Positions 11,131 to 24,544 of a DNA stretch of 64,000 bases are shown piece by piece. Position numbers and translations under genes: made by a program. How positions within the stretch are numbered: position 1 is the first letter of the stretch; each line of letters starts with the position of its first letter. The stretch is from Histomonas meleagridis 2922-C6/04-290x (lineage: Eukaryota; Protista; Parabasalia): contig JAANOX010000278.1 in the NCBI GenBank assembly GCA_020184695.1, positions 62,001-126,000 on the forward strand, in the 5' to 3' direction. The notes under the pieces are model-generated. The model made no database searches. It saw nothing but the letters and a program-made list of their open reading frames with translations, and was not told where the DNA came from.

Positions 11131-11467
11131 AGCTTGTAAAAGGGATGATCTATCGGCTAACACTCTTTGTCTATATTTCCTTATAAACGTTTTTTTATAT
11201 ATTTTGAAAATTAAAATCATCTTCTTTTGCTATTTATTTGAAATTTCTCTCTAAATTTTTTCTTTTTTTTTTTTTTTGGTTATTATTAATAACCTGATAG
11301 CATAAGGTGTAACTTGGTTACCAAAATATAATTTAGAACTTCAAATTAATTTTCAAAAAAAAAAAAAACTTCATTAACATTCCTTAAAAAAACAAATGGA
11401 TATGTTCAGTTCTATTCAAAGAAAAATCAAAATAAAAACATAAAATTAAATCAAATTCGCAAAGTAT

Positions 11468-12097
11468 TTAGTAATATTGATTATAGTAGTTTTGTGGGAT
11501 TTCATTTGATGAATTTTCATCTCTTTGATATTTACCTTCACTCAAATTTGTGGTTTGTTCTTGTGTTGTTTGCTTTAATTCTTGAGAATCACCATAGTCG
11601 TTCATTACAAACGCAACGATAAAGAACAAATGCGTTATGAAAAAGAATGGGATCAATAATGCAGTCCTTGAGCGTGGTTTAATACATTCATCAATAAGTG
11701 AAGTATAATTTTTGGAATTTTGTAAGCATTCTTTAACAGGAACAATACTGACTGTCATATCTTGTAAGATAAATATTACAAATGCAATAATGACGGTAAA
11801 CCAAAATAAGACTTTTGTTGCACACTTTGAACGACACTTATTTCGAACAACAAGTGTTATAATTCCTAATACGACTTCAACTGATGATACAATTATTATT
11901 GCAATAGAGAATGCACCAAAATCTACTTCAACACCACTACCATCTTCATGTCTAAAAAAAAACGGTTCTGGAGAATAAGTATACCAAAAGCCATAATTAA
12001 CATAAGTCAATACTATCCCGACAAAGCAAATGAAGCCAAGAAATATTGTGATTATTTTGGATTTTGTGCATGTGAATATTTTCTCGTTTAAAATCAT
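11468..12097 (-). CDS. Hypothetical membrane protein with about 4 TM segments, 209 aa (intact copy)
   Basis: ATG-initiated ORF with four hydrophobic stretches and a polar Q/N/E tail. Confidence 0.7.
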   Translation of the reverse strand: MILNEKIFTCTKSKIITIFLGFICFVGIVLTYVNYGFWYTYSPEPFFFRHEDGSGVEVDFGAFSIAIIIVSSVEVVLGIITLVVRNKCRSKCATKVLFWFTVIIAFVIFILQDMTVSIVPVKECLQNSKNYTSLIDECIKPRSRTALLIPFFFITHLFFIVAFVMNDYGDSQELKQTTQEQTTNLSEGKYQRDENSSNEIPQNYYNQYY

Positions 12098-12228
12098 TTT
12101 AAATTAATTAGTCACTTTTGAATACAGAACAGAATTTTTCTGAGGTTTAATTGATCGTTAAAATCTTGAAATTATATTTTAAAAAAGAAAAAAAAAAAAC
12201 ATACAAATATTTTTATTAATTTATTCTT

Positions 12229-13759
12229 TTATTCTATATCAAAATTAAAATTTTGAATCTTTTTGTTGCTTTGTTCAAGGAATTCTTTCATTTCTTTTCG
12301 ATCATATTTAATTTGTTCTTCAATAGTTTTATCTAAATATTCTTCAACTGGAATATTTTCTTTAATAAATGGATTTAATATTGTACTAATTTCAAGAATA
12401 ATCCCTGTGACTGTTTTATTTCGATTTAATCGTTCAATCCATTGATTAAATGATTTAGATTTAATAATCCCTTTATTAAATAAAAAAAGAATATGTAAAA
12501 AAATTGTAATACCTTTTTGGCTCGTAATTATGACGACGAAAATATTTATGAAATCGTTTTAATGTATGAATTTGGATATTATCATTGTTATCTCGAATAA
12601 ATTTTTGAAATATTGGTAAATATCCTTCATAATAATATTTAATTTCTTCAAATCGTTTTTTATCAAGTTCAAGATTCGTAATATCTTCAAATTGTTGTGT
12701 TAATATTTTATCATAAAGATATTCGATGAAAGGATCAATTAAACTTTTTAAGATTCGTTTAGATAAAAAAATACTTTTTAATCCAATGTTTTCAATATAA
12801 ATAATCGTGGTGTGAATATCTTTAATACCTTTTAAATATTGATAAATAAATCCATAAATAATTAAATATGGAACGAAATTACTAATATCAGTACTAATTA
12901 AAAGTCCTGGAATTTCTTCTGGATAACGAAAAAAACATGAAATAACCATTTAGTTTGAAATAATTTGTGTAGAAGATAAAATATTTCATTCGATTTAACA
13001 ACACTATGAATACTTGCAATAAGATAAATAATTAAATATTCTGAAAAAACTGATGGACGAAATATTGATATCGATTTACGAACTGATTTATATGATATCT
13101 TTTCTTGAATAATTAATGTAGTAAGTAATTCTAAAAATTGTAAACTCGTGGGAACTAAATAAAATAATTTACTTTCTGAATAAATACATTCTTCAAATAT
13201 ATTACTAATAACATTAATAAGTGTATTACTAACTATATTAGGAAAATTTAAATTTGAAGAATAATTTGGATTTAAATAACTTAATATTGATTTATGAAAA
13301 ACACTGTTCTCTAATTGAATAACTTCTAATATTGCTTGCGTTAAAAAATATTCAATAGTTCGTTGAAATAATGTGGTGGATAATATATTTTTATTAAAAA
13401 AACATAACTTAAAAAAATGATGTTTGTGTAAGATCTTCTGGAATAGGTAATCCTTTGTTTTTAAGTTTTTGATATTGTTCTTCAATATTAAAGGAATGTT
13501 CACTTAAAAAAAGATGATATTCTCCACTTGGAATATTTCGTGCAAATGACAATTCAATTGAAATACTTCGTTCTGGTGATTTAAGTAAAATATTATGATT
13601 CGGTGAAACTTGAAGAACTGTTTGACAAACAGAATTAACTTCATAATAATTATCTTTTTGATCTAATGTAATTATAAATGGTTCGTTACATTCTGATGAT
13701 TTAATTTTAAGAAATGTTGGCATTGATTTTTCTGTATATGGATCATTCCTTTCTTTCAT
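12229..13759 (-). pseudogene. Frameshifted copy of the 504-aa hypothetical gene at 24545
   Basis: Same sequence as 24545-26059 but split into several ORFs by small indels, mostly in homopolymers. Confidence 0.7.
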
Positions 13760-15043
13760 TATTATTGTGGATGTTAAATAAACGGTCTCAAAACAGAATT
13801 TGCAAATTCAGATCGAGAAAATCGAAGGATTGATCATGTATGCATTTTCATTGAAATGCCACACAAAATTCAAAAAATATGGTAATATAACACAAAAAAA
13901 AATTTACACTGCTTTTAATAATCATTTAAATGTTTTGGCATTTCAAAACCCTTTTCTCTTTCAAAAACTTCAACAAATGACCTCACCTACATTTTTCGAA
14001 AATTAATAATAATAAGTAAAAAAAATTTAATGGATAATATGCGAACGAAGAATGAATTCAAAGAAATGAATTTCTACTAAAAAAGTATTTGAAAAAGTAT
14101 GTTTGCATTTTGATATAAAACCGTAAATTTCCAACAACAGATAACAGAAGGAAAGGAAAATTTTCTTTACATTCAATATTGTACATCAGATTTTCCTCGA
14201 GACATGGGGCTTACCATTCGAAATTTCACTGATGTATCTTTTTCAGCAAAAAGAAGTTTTTATTTTGATATAGAATAAAGGAATAAATGAATAAAAATAT
14301 TTGTATGTTTTTTTTTTTTTGAATTAATATAAAACAGAGTTACTTCAACTCCCAAAAAACAGATTTTTTTTTCCATTCCATATGTAAGCATTCCATGATT
14401 GATACAATAATTAATATTTTAAATTAAAAAATTTTATAAACTCATGAAATATATTTTTTAATCGATTTTTTTAAAATTTATTTTTTCCAGTCACCCATGA
14501 TTAATTTATGATGGATTTTATATCGTATTGATTTGACAACCTGATACCCACCAGGGAAAAAATATTCATTCAAATTTTTCATCAGTTCCCATTTTTTAAA
14601 AAAAAAAATTGATGTAAAAAATTATATAAAGTGGTGACCTGGTTTATTTTAGATATTTATTTTCAGCACAACTTAGAATCGTTGTTTTAGAAATTATATA
14701 AATAAATTTTATTGAAAAATAAGAATGAAAATATTTTATAATCGAAAAAGTGTCGTAATTTTCAAAATATGAAATTTTTGCAATAAATAATGAAAATTAA
14801 AATATAATAACCAACACAATCGAATTCTATTATGTCATCGTATTATAATATATATATATCAGAAAATAATAAATTTTTATTTTCATTCATAAAAATGAAA
14901 TGATCATATATATTTATATGTTTTTAATATTTTTTCACTTTGATGATAACATAATATGTTGAAAATTAAATATAAATAATTTTGTTTTATAACATAATGT
15001 TGTAGATATATTTTCATTTTTTAATTTTTGATGAAAAAATTAT

Positions 15044-18009
15044 GAGTAATAGTAATCGACACGAAGTGACGTCACTTTTGTATTCGACACGTAAGTTTTA
15101 TCCCAATTAAAAGTGCCAATATGAAAGGAGTTTAAAAAAATTTTAATATCAAATTTTTAAAAACTATCAAAAATTCCGAAAATTATTACAATCTTTCTTA
15201 AAATATTCAAAAAGTACATTTGGTCATCAAATATGATAGAATCTTATAAGTTCAGATGAATGGAAAACACAACATTAGATGAATGGGATAACACGACTGA
15301 TACTTCAGAAATTATAGGTCCTGTTCTACCTAAAAATTGGGAAATGTCGATTAACTTACAAGAGACTTCCCCTTCTGATATACAAGAAATGTTCAAGCAA
15401 AATGTTGGTCATTATTCACTCACAATAACGAAGGTCTTTGGCCAATTTGAATATTGCGATTTTTGGTGTCGTTTTGGAGGACGTTGCAAAACAAAAAAAA
15501 AACCGTACGCTAAAACAATATGATCGCAAGAGCTTCATAAGATTGAAAGTTGATCATAATTTATCAAAAGTTATGTTTGTTGAAGGCAATTTTCGACAAA
15601 AACATCCAATATCACAAGATTTCTATAATAGTTGGTTGGGTCCATCAAATTCTACGCGAAATTAATGTATAACTTACACTAAACAACGAGAAAATGCTGC
15701 ATAAATCAGAAGGAAAATAACATAATCTGTCAGTGTCCGGAAATTTTATGATATCAGAAGTTCTTATTTAAAATCAAGAAATGTTGATACAATCAAATCA
15801 ATCCAATCTATTATTCAACAGTTATCAAATAATTATGAAACGAGATTACATTTGAACAGAGCAGATAATCAAATTCTCACAGCAACATTTGTTTCAAGGA
15901 GGTTTAAAAATAAAATAATATCTATAGATATATTGCAAATAGATAACATAATGATGACTAATGATTTTGATATGCCTATTCTAAATTTCTTATTCATTGA
16001 TGAGAATAATAATCCACAGATACTAGCATTTTCAATAATGTCCAGTAAAGAAAAGGAAATATTTAAACTTGTATTTGATGATATAAAAATATAGTTGGCA
16101 TACCAAGAGTTGTAATCATTGATAGACTAAAAGCACAAAAAGCAGTAATTGAAGAGGTAATGTTAAATACTATGATTGTTTTTTGCAAAGTTCATATGAT
16201 GAGATCAGTTGAACAAACATTTGGTCCTCAATCTATAATATATAAGTCATTTCATAAATTCATTGAAAATCGAATATATCGTAAATGAATATATTAATTC
16301 TTTAAATCAAACCATTCGGAGTACTGTCAAAAAAATACAAGAGCTATTCAAGCATTAATTGATGATGCCGATTGTTATGATCCTAGTTTCTTATTTTCTG
16401 GAAATTCGAGAGAACAAAGAACGACTAATGCGATTGAAGGTTTAATGGTAATATACGGGAAAGATTAGATGTGAAAAGAGATATTGAGATTATTATAAAT
16501 ATATTGGATTATTTATCTACAGAATTTGCTTGGCGAAGTGAGAGAATGCTCACAGAAATTGACAATAATATTTATAAAGATAATATTATAGGTTCAGTAG
16601 CAGTAAATAAATTGAAAAATGTAGTCGAAATTGCTAAGAAAACTAAAAAACAAATAATGGATGGAAGAGCTAATATCGAATTATTGTAATGTATTAATGA
16701 GAAGAATTGCAAATGTATTACAAAGATTGAATATGGTCTCCCTTGTGTTCATGAAATCATTAATCGTTTAAATAAGCAAATCCCATTAATATCACAAAAT
16801 GAAATATATGAGATTTATTTTAAAAAATTGTACCAAATACAGGAGAACAATTTATTTATAAATAAAATCATAAAACATGTAATTCAAGAAATACCTCATT
16901 ATGATCTGAGTTACTACTCTTTATTTACAAGAGCATTCGAAGAAATTGCTTCAGTTGTATAAATAAATGATAGAGTTAAAGTACTAGTTCTTAAATTATA
17001 TGATTAATCTAAAGATATAAATTCAAATTTATTCTCTGGAAGAAAAAAGACAAGACCAGCATATTCAATAAGAAGGTCAGGAAGATATAGTCAGAAAAGA
17101 CATTATTCATGCAGTATATGTGGAAGATCAGGTCACAATAAAGCAACATGTCCAAATCTACATGAAGAGAATATAAACGAAAAGTTAACATTTAAAGAAG
17201 AAAAAATAAATGAAAACAATATTTTAGAAATTGAAAAAAAATAATAGAAGACAACTATTCAGAAATGGAAGAGGAAAGCACAAGAATTGATATTAATATT
17301 GAAAATGGAGAAATGTTGGTCAATTTAACACCTAAAAAACTTGAAATATTAGAATCACTGTCATCAAATCAATTAAAGCTATTTCAAAGATAATTTGTTT
17401 TTCATGTGTTTTTGTTTGCTATAGGACGAAAAGAAAATCCACGAGACATAGAAACACTGTATGGAATTTATCATATTCAATGGAAAACAATAAAAGAGAT
17501 TATACAAAATCAGTTTATGGATGTCTCAGATGAAATAGGAATTATACAACTAATATATATAATAAATTATGGTAAAAAATTAGAAGACAATTTTATGTTA
17601 AATCATAATATATCTTAATTGATATTATATTTAGAAACAATACCTGATTCACTATAATAAAAATTATATTAATTTCACATTTGTTTAATAATTCATAAAA
17701 ACATATATTCTAAATGAGATATGATTAAAAGGGATAAAAGAAAATAGTTATTATCCATCAATTCCACGAAATTGTCGAAGTATAATCAAAATTTCATTTT
17801 ATTTATGATCTTGCAACTAAGAATAATTGACATTTTATTATTTATTGTGAAATTCTTGATAAATGACATTGAATTATCATAATTAACTTTCTTCAATCTT
17901 CCTAAAACATGTCGATTTTTTTTAATTTCCTCATGTTAGCACTTTTAATTGAAAAAAATTTCGTGTTGAACGCAAAAGTGACGCCACTTCGTGTCATTTA
18001 AGATTCCCC
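15044..18009 (+). mobile_element. Decayed Mutator-like (MULE) DNA transposon, copy 1
   Basis: ~90-100-bp imperfect TIRs (GAGTAATAGTAATCGACACGAAGTGACGTCACTTTTG...). Fragmented transposase with IDNIMMTN, IIDR, FCKVH (CxxH), TTNAIEG, a SWIM-like CKCITKIEYGLPCVH and a CCHC knuckle CSICGRSGHNKATC. Confidence 0.85.
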
Positions 18010-18048
18010 ATATTATGAGTCTTCTATTTATATTTAGATTTTTATTCG

Positions 18049-19932
18049 GGATCAATTACACAACCGCAGACCAAATCTCCAAATCCTCTCAATCGATTTT
18101 TTAAGGGTAAATTTCGAACGATAGGAAACGATCCCGCTTTTTCAAAGAAATTATCATTCTTTCAATTTGATTTTCAATAAAAATATAATTGACACGTGTT
18201 TTAAATGAAAATAGAAAATGAAAAACGGTTTGACAAAATATAATCCGATTAAAAAACATTAAAAAAGTGATATATGTCATAATAATTCATTGAATACTTT
18301 ATGATAACAACTTTTTGAATGAGTTGTTTTACACATGTGTGCTTGTTTGTGATGTATGGCTACCATACTAACTTTTAAGATACATATGCATAAATCAAGC
18401 TATATTTTGAATACTTAAAAGATCAAGAAAAATATGATTGACAATATTGAAAAACAAATCATGAATAAAAATTGGAATATGAATAAAAAATGTAATATGA
18501 ATAAAAACAAATCATGAAAAAAAATGAAATATGGATAAAAAATGAAATATGAATAAAAAATGAAATATGAATAAAAACAAAGCATAAATAAACAATAAAG
18601 CACAATTAAAACGAAATATAAATAAAAGTAAAGCATGATCAAAAAATAAGACTCATTAAAACAATAAAAATTATAAATAAGAATCAAGATAAAAATTGAT
18701 TTTTTATTCATATTGAATATCTCTAAGTGCTATTAGAAAAGCATTTTACAAATTTTCTTTGTTTTGTTTTAGCCAAATAAATCTAAATAAATACCCTCCA
18801 ATATATTTTTGATTTTTATAAACTGAACACAGTCCACACTTGATACCATTCCATGTTTCCTCAATGGTATTGGTATGTATTCCTTCATCGGATTTAAATC
18901 CTTCGGAATGGTTCACTTGTTTGGATGTGTAATTACAATTTAGATTTTTGTTTAAATATTCGATTGCTGGCATGTATGCACTCCAACAATCTGTATATAT
19001 TATTGATCCTTTTTCTACATTAAAAAAAATTATATTAGATAAGGTTTCAATGTTTCTACTGTTTACCTTTTGTGCGAATAGTTTCTTCTCTGGAGTTCTC
19101 TCAACTCCTCCCACTACCCATGATCCTTCTACTGGATGTCCTCTATGGTGCTTATTTTTCCGAATTTACTTTCATCTATCTCGACGATAATGTTTTCACC
19201 ACCAATTTTCTGTAAATTATCCTTTATTTGAAATGAAATTAATCGATCAAACTCATGATAATAATTACAAATTGTTGTAAAAGAATGTCCTATTTGATTC
19301 TGTACAGAAGTTACATTGATTTTATTTATCCAATTATATAAAAGACGCATTATTTCGTTAATTGGCAAATGACAATTGTAAAGAAAAGTATTTTTTGTAA
19401 TAGAATATGTTTTTCGACATCTAGGATTTGTACATCTAAAAATTATGAAATGCCTGGTGCAAGTGCCTTTGCAAAAATCGCATGTATATGTATCAGGTAA
19501 AACATTGTAAAATTGGAGATATCTGATTGCAATTTCTTCATTAACAAAAATTTTACTAATTTCATCATAAAAGGAAATGGATTTTTGCCTTGATTGATGT
19601 TGTTGTAATTGTTCTTGTGTATAATCATGCCGTCCTTCCATTGTTTTTTAAGTTTTATCCAAAAATATACGCATTCTCATATGGTATTCAATGGATTATT
19701 GTGACATATATCACTTTTTTAATGTTTTTTAATCGGATTATATTTTGTCAAACCGTTTTTCATTTTCTATTTTCATTTAAAACACGTGTCAATTATATTT
19801 TTATTGAAAATCAAATTGAAAGAATGATAATTTCTTTGAAAAAGCGGGATCGTTTCCTATCGTTCGAAATTTACCCTTAAAAAATCGATTGAGAGGATTT
19901 GGAGGTTTGGTCTGCGGTTGTGTAATCGACCC
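18049..19932 (-). mobile_element. Merlin/ISXO2 (IS1595-like) DNA transposon, nearly intact
   Basis: ~250-bp TIRs (18049-18297 and 19684-19932) and an 8-bp TSD TTTATTCG/TTTATTTG. Transposase has N-terminal CxxC pairs, VEIDESKFG, IYTDCWSAY, VNHS and HTNTIEETW. Confidence 0.92.
18746..19641 (-). CDS. ISXO2-like DDE transposase with one 1-nt frameshift near 19160
   Basis: ORFs 19129-19641 and 18746-19114 join into ...ESKFGKNKHHRGHPVEGSWVVGGVER... if one A is added to an A5 run. Confidence 0.85.
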
Positions 19933-20332
19933 TTTATTTGAATCCGACTGCTAGTTTTTTTTAATTTGTGATTTTATTTTAAGTGCTTCTTGATGAAACC
20001 TATCAAAAAGCTTTTATCATTTATCTCAATTTCCATTTTTTGAATTGCCGATCATGTAAAAACGTTTTCATTCAAAATATTCCGAAATTGTGTAAACAAA
20101 TTATTTTTTATTAGAGATAGTAATCATTATTTGCAATGTTGAATTCAACATATATACTAAGAAAGGGAGTTCCAAGGGTTCGAAAGTGGTAGTTTCCGTA
20201 GATTTAATATGAAAAAAATTATTATCAATTATTGATAAAATTTCACGAATGGTATTCAAAAAGGGAAAAATAAGTTTGAAAATAAGTAAGTGTTACTTTG
20301 TATATTTGAACTTATCGCCACTAAATTTTATT

Positions 20333-20827
20333 TTAAAAATCAAACAATTCTTCAATAAGTTCATTCCCTGCAAATAAATCGTGCAGCACGAATAGATCTT
20401 GTGGATTAATATCTATTGTTTCATTTGGGAAAGAATCCATCTCCAATTTCTTTTTCAAATGATTGTTAAATCTATTTTTAATCCCGTTGTTAGTCCTTTT
20501 ATTTTTAAAATGTTCTGCAATAAGTGACCAGTTAGGTCCGTATCTTCTGTATAGATAGAGAATAAGTTGATCTTCTTCCTCAGACCATGGATCTTTTGAT
20601 AGTCCCGGTGCTAAATAATGCTGATATCTATCTCTACATTGGCGACATGTTTTGCCTGGTATAGATTTTGCAATTTCTTGCCAATTTGGAAATTTTTCAT
20701 TTCCAACTAATTCAATGAGTTGTTTATCTTCTTCTTTTGTGAACTTATGCTTAATTATTTTTGCTCTCTTGTAAGGCGCTTCTTGGGAGATATATGGTTG
20801 AAAATGGACACAGTTTTGGAACGTCAT
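20333..20827 (-). CDS. R2R3 Myb-like DNA-binding protein
   Basis: KFTKEEDKQL...WQEIA...GKTCRQCRDRYQHYLAP...WSEEEDQLI...YGPNWSLIA...RTNNGIKNRF. Confidence 0.95.
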   Translation of the reverse strand: MTFQNCVHFQPYISQEAPYKRAKIIKHKFTKEEDKQLIELVGNEKFPNWQEIAKSIPGKTCRQCRDRYQHYLAPGLSKDPWSEEEDQLILYLYRRYGPNWSLIAEHFKNKRTNNGIKNRFNNHLKKKLEMDSFPNETIDINPQDLFVLHDLFAGNELIEELFDF

Positions 20828-21846
20828 CGCAATTTGTTATGTGATAAAAAATGTCTAAAAACATTGAATGCATTCAACCACAGAACATGTCACAACTGGA
20901 AAACAAGCACTCAAAAATCGTACTCAAATTCATAAACAACAGGTTAATCAACTGTTGTTGTTTTGACTCTTTCAAAATTTCAATTCATTGAATAAATGAA
21001 TTCATTCAATTTGGGTCATAAAACATGTCACATTTGTAATCATTTTAAAATTAAAAACATGAATATTTAATCGAATATTCAAATCTACATAATAAAACAT
21101 AAATTTAATTATCACATATATTACATTATCTATGTTTATCAAAATATAAAAGTTATCGCATAATAAATGACAAGATATTTATATTTGATAAAATGCATTT
21201 TATTGCATTTATTTAAATATCGGTTTGACTCTAACCTCCTAAATATTCGATTGAATTTACAATTATTTGTGCGAATTATGAGGTACACATACTTTCAATC
21301 TTCCCTCAGACATATGATTTTTCATTCGCTTGAATATAAATGTGGAAAAAAGCATTATTTTCAATCGAAATCATAAGATATAATCGATATAGATATAGAA
21401 CATTTTTTGTATTACTTTCGATTTACTTAGTTTACTAACTCTATTTTCCCTAATTTCGAATGAGCCATTATGAAAAAATGCTTTTTTTATTCTGTAAACT
21501 TTCACAAAGTGAATAGCATAAGTTATAGTAAAAATGAGATAATAATTTTTCCCCATACAAGTTGGTGATAAACTCGCACACGTGCATTTGCAGTCTAGAA
21601 ACATTGGTGTCACAAATTTGGTGACATGATAAGCACAAAATTCGGAACGTCACCCTTAAACCCTACCAGTTTAATCATCATAGCTTTTTCCATACGATAT
21701 TATCGTGTGTAGCCGTTTTTTGAATTAACCGTTATACCAATCCAACCGTAGAGTGTTTTTAAAGAAACATTTATATAAACTATTCAAAATATTTATTGAC
21801 ACTTTTAAGAAGATATCTTTTAACGGTCCCCAATAGCTGTTCGGAG

Positions 21847-23634
21847 ATGAAATTCGTTGTTACTTCCAAAAACCAAATGAAAATAGATGCCGTCAAATCA
21901 GTCATTCAAAAAATCCTTGGAAGCAATGATGAATTTGTTGTTGAAGGAATTTCTTCTTCATCAGATGTTTCTGAACAACCACTTTCTCTTGAAGAAACAA
22001 AACGAGGCTCAGTTAATCGCATTTATAATGCCAACGTAGATGATGCCGATTTTTATGTTAGCATTGAATCAGGTGTTGAGCGGGAGTTTGATTCATTTTA
22101 TGGATTTACATTTGCAACAGTTTGCGATAAGACAAAAAACAAATTTGGATTTGGAATGTCTACTAAATTCCCAATTCCTGATGATGTTTCATTCGGTCTT
22201 GAACAAGGAAAATCTCTCTCATCAATTTCTCACTCCGAAAATGGCCTTATTTCCATTTTAACGGACAGTTTTATTAAGCGTTCTGATCTTGTTGAAGAAG
22301 CCACATGCACTGCACTTATTCCATTTCATTTTTTCCCAATTTCATTTCCAACAAACTCTCCACCAGAACTCACGCGCTTTATAGACAGCATCACTCAAGT
22401 CGAGAAGAACAATCTAGCATCTCAATTACGTCAACTTGATTTCCGAGATCAAAAGATAGTTGATTCCTCTACCACAGCTTCTTCTCTTTCTGTTGTGGAA
22501 CCACCAGCTGACTACAGCGAAGTTTCCGACGACATATTTGATAATGGAGTCGAAGCCATCAAAGCGGGTGAAGTGGCGGTTGTCATCATGTCGGGCGGTC
22601 AGGGAAGCCGTTTATCAGCTCCAGTTCCTAAGGGAATGATGCAACTTGACATTCCCTCCAACTCGAGCTTACTTGAGCTTCAACTCCAACGTGTTCGTAA
22701 TCTGGAACGTAAGTACTGTTCAGGGAACACGTGTATTCCTGTTTATATCCTTACATCCGATGCTACACATTCGCCATTAGCTGCATATCTTATAAAGAAT
22801 CAAAACTTCGGAGTGAAACATTTAATGCTTGTCAAACAAAAGACGCTTCCAGCTCGTTCAGCTGATGGACATTTTGTTCTCAGCGAACGATCCAAAGTTC
22901 TCGCTGCGCCAAATGGGAACGGCGCAGTCTTTGCATGTCTTAAAGACTCCGGTGCACTTTCAGAGATGAAAAGCCTCGGAGTAAAGTACGTCGATATCCA
23001 TCCGATCGATAATGCGCTTGCGAAGCCTGCAGATCCATCGTTTGTTGGCGCAATGATATATGAGGATGGCGATGCAGCGCTTAAAGTCGTGCGGAAAGTT
23101 GGCGGCGGGGAAAGAATGGGAACAGTCTGTACCCGAAATGGTAAAACAGCTGTTGTCGAATACTCAGAGCTACCGCAAGGACAAGCAGAGCAATACATGT
23201 ACGGAAACACAGCAATGCATTTGTTCGCAACAGAGATAATAGAGAAAGCGGCAGAAGCCGAGTTGCCATATCATGTCGCGATAAAGAAGGAAAAGGTGGT
23301 CAATGAAAAAGGTGATATAGTAGTGGGTGAAGTGAGGAAGTTCGAAAGATTCATTTTCGATGCATTGGAACTCTGCGAAAGAGTCGTTCTATATGAAGTG
23401 AAAAGAGATGATGAGTTTGCGCCCGTTAAGAACGCGCAGGGTGCCCCGGTCGATAGCCCAGAAACCGCTAAGGAACTTTTGCTTAAACTTCATAAAAAGT
23501 GGGCAATTGATAACGGGGTGGTACTAAAGGAGAACGGTGTAATAGAGTTCAGCCCATTAACAACTTACGCGGGTGAAGGGTTGGAATACTTCGGCCTTGA
23601 TGGAAAAGTGGTGGATAAGCCAATGGTCATTTGA
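21847..23634 (+). CDS. Fusion of a YjjX-like inosine/xanthosine triphosphatase domain and UDP-N-acetylglucosamine pyrophosphorylase (UAP)
   Basis: N-domain: VVTSKNQMKIDAVK, SSDVSEQPLSLEETKRGSVNRI, DFYVSIESGV. C-domain: MSGGQGSRL, PKG, PNGNGAVF, IDNALAK, VVEYSEL, RKFERFIFD, EFAPVKNA. ATG at 21847. Confidence 0.88.
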   Translation: MKFVVTSKNQMKIDAVKSVIQKILGSNDEFVVEGISSSSDVSEQPLSLEETKRGSVNRIYNANVDDADFYVSIESGVEREFDSFYGFTFATVCDKTKNKFGFGMSTKFPIPDDVSFGLEQGKSLSSISHSENGLISILTDSFIKRSDLVEEATCTALIPFHFFPISFPTNSPPELTRFIDSITQVEKNNLASQLRQLDFRDQKIVDSSTTASSLSVVEPPADYSEVSDDIFDNGVEAIKAGEVAVVIMSGGQGSRLSAPVPKGMMQLDIPSNSSLLELQLQRVRNLERKYCSGNTCIPVYILTSDATHSPLAAYLIKNQNFGVKHLMLVKQKTLPARSADGHFVLSERSKVLAAPNGNGAVFACLKDSGALSEMKSLGVKYVDIHPIDNALAKPADPSFVGAMIYEDGDAALKVVRKVGGGERMGTVCTRNGKTAVVEYSELPQGQAEQYMYGNTAMHLFATEIIEKAAEAELPYHVAIKKEKVVNEKGDIVVGEVRKFERFIFDALELCERVVLYEVKRDDEFAPVKNAQGAPVDSPETAKELLLKLHKKWAIDNGVVLKENGVIEFSPLTTYAGEGLEYFGLDGKVVDKPMVI

Positions 23635-24544
23635 ATAATAAAAATTGAATGGCAAATTCGCCGATTTTGATTTTATGGAATATTCCAATAATTGGTGAGT
23701 TTGGTCTCATTTGAAACAATGTAAATTGGTATTCATTAAATATTGGAATATAATTTTCGTATGGATAAAAATTGGTAAAATTAGCTAGAAACAAGCTTTT
23801 TCTAGATATAAAACTTCATGTTGTATAGCAAATATTTAACTTCATATAAATCCATCGATCGATTATCATCTTCATTAATTGCATAATTTTTTTTAATAAT
23901 TACAAGAATTAAAACAAGAATTGCAATTGAACAACATTTAATACAAATAAAAATTTTTGTTGTGATCTTATTACTATTGCTTTTATTTTTATTACTATTA
24001 TCAAATTTGATAATAAGTTGAATAAATAATATTAATATATTCATAATAAATAATTTTAGTGAAACCACAATAAAATGATGATTTAATCATAAAATAATTA
24101 AGGAATTCCATGTGTGAATATAAGGTGTTGATTTGTATTCATCAATCACATCTTAATTTGCAAATTTTCCGAATATATTGGTTATATAATTGCAAATGTT
24201 ATTAAAACATTCACTTTCAATTGTTGGCGAAATGTCTCCATATAAACAAATGCATTCAAAGAGAGAAGAACTATATAAAAATCGCCACTTCCAAAATTTT
24301 TCACTATTTCTCCAATGATAATCGTTTCGAATTGTTTGCGTGAGTATAACCATCAATAATATTATCATAGAAATGGATAATAAAAGACTTTTAATTATAT
24401 ATTTCCATTTTTTCCATACAAATTCAATAACTGCATTTGTACATTTCGTTATCAAATAAATACTTTATGAACAAGTGCATATTTTCTCTATCGTAATTTG
24501 CAAATTCTGTTTTTGAGACCGTTTATTTAACATCCACAATAATA

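Larger units (their letters stand above)
10149..13821 (-). repeat. Arm A of a ~3.65-kb inverted segmental duplication
   Basis: Near-identical reverse complement of 24481-28108; the same ORFs appear on opposite strands. Confidence 0.92.

Noticed and set aside
18415-18711. 98-aa F/Y/I-rich ORF
   Set aside because: Translation of an AT-rich minisatellite inside the Merlin element.
23802-24455. Short minus-strand ORFs and similar ones at 52.9-53.7 kb
   Set aside because: Fragmentary and AT-rich with no recognisable domain; possibly gene relics, but they cannot be assigned.
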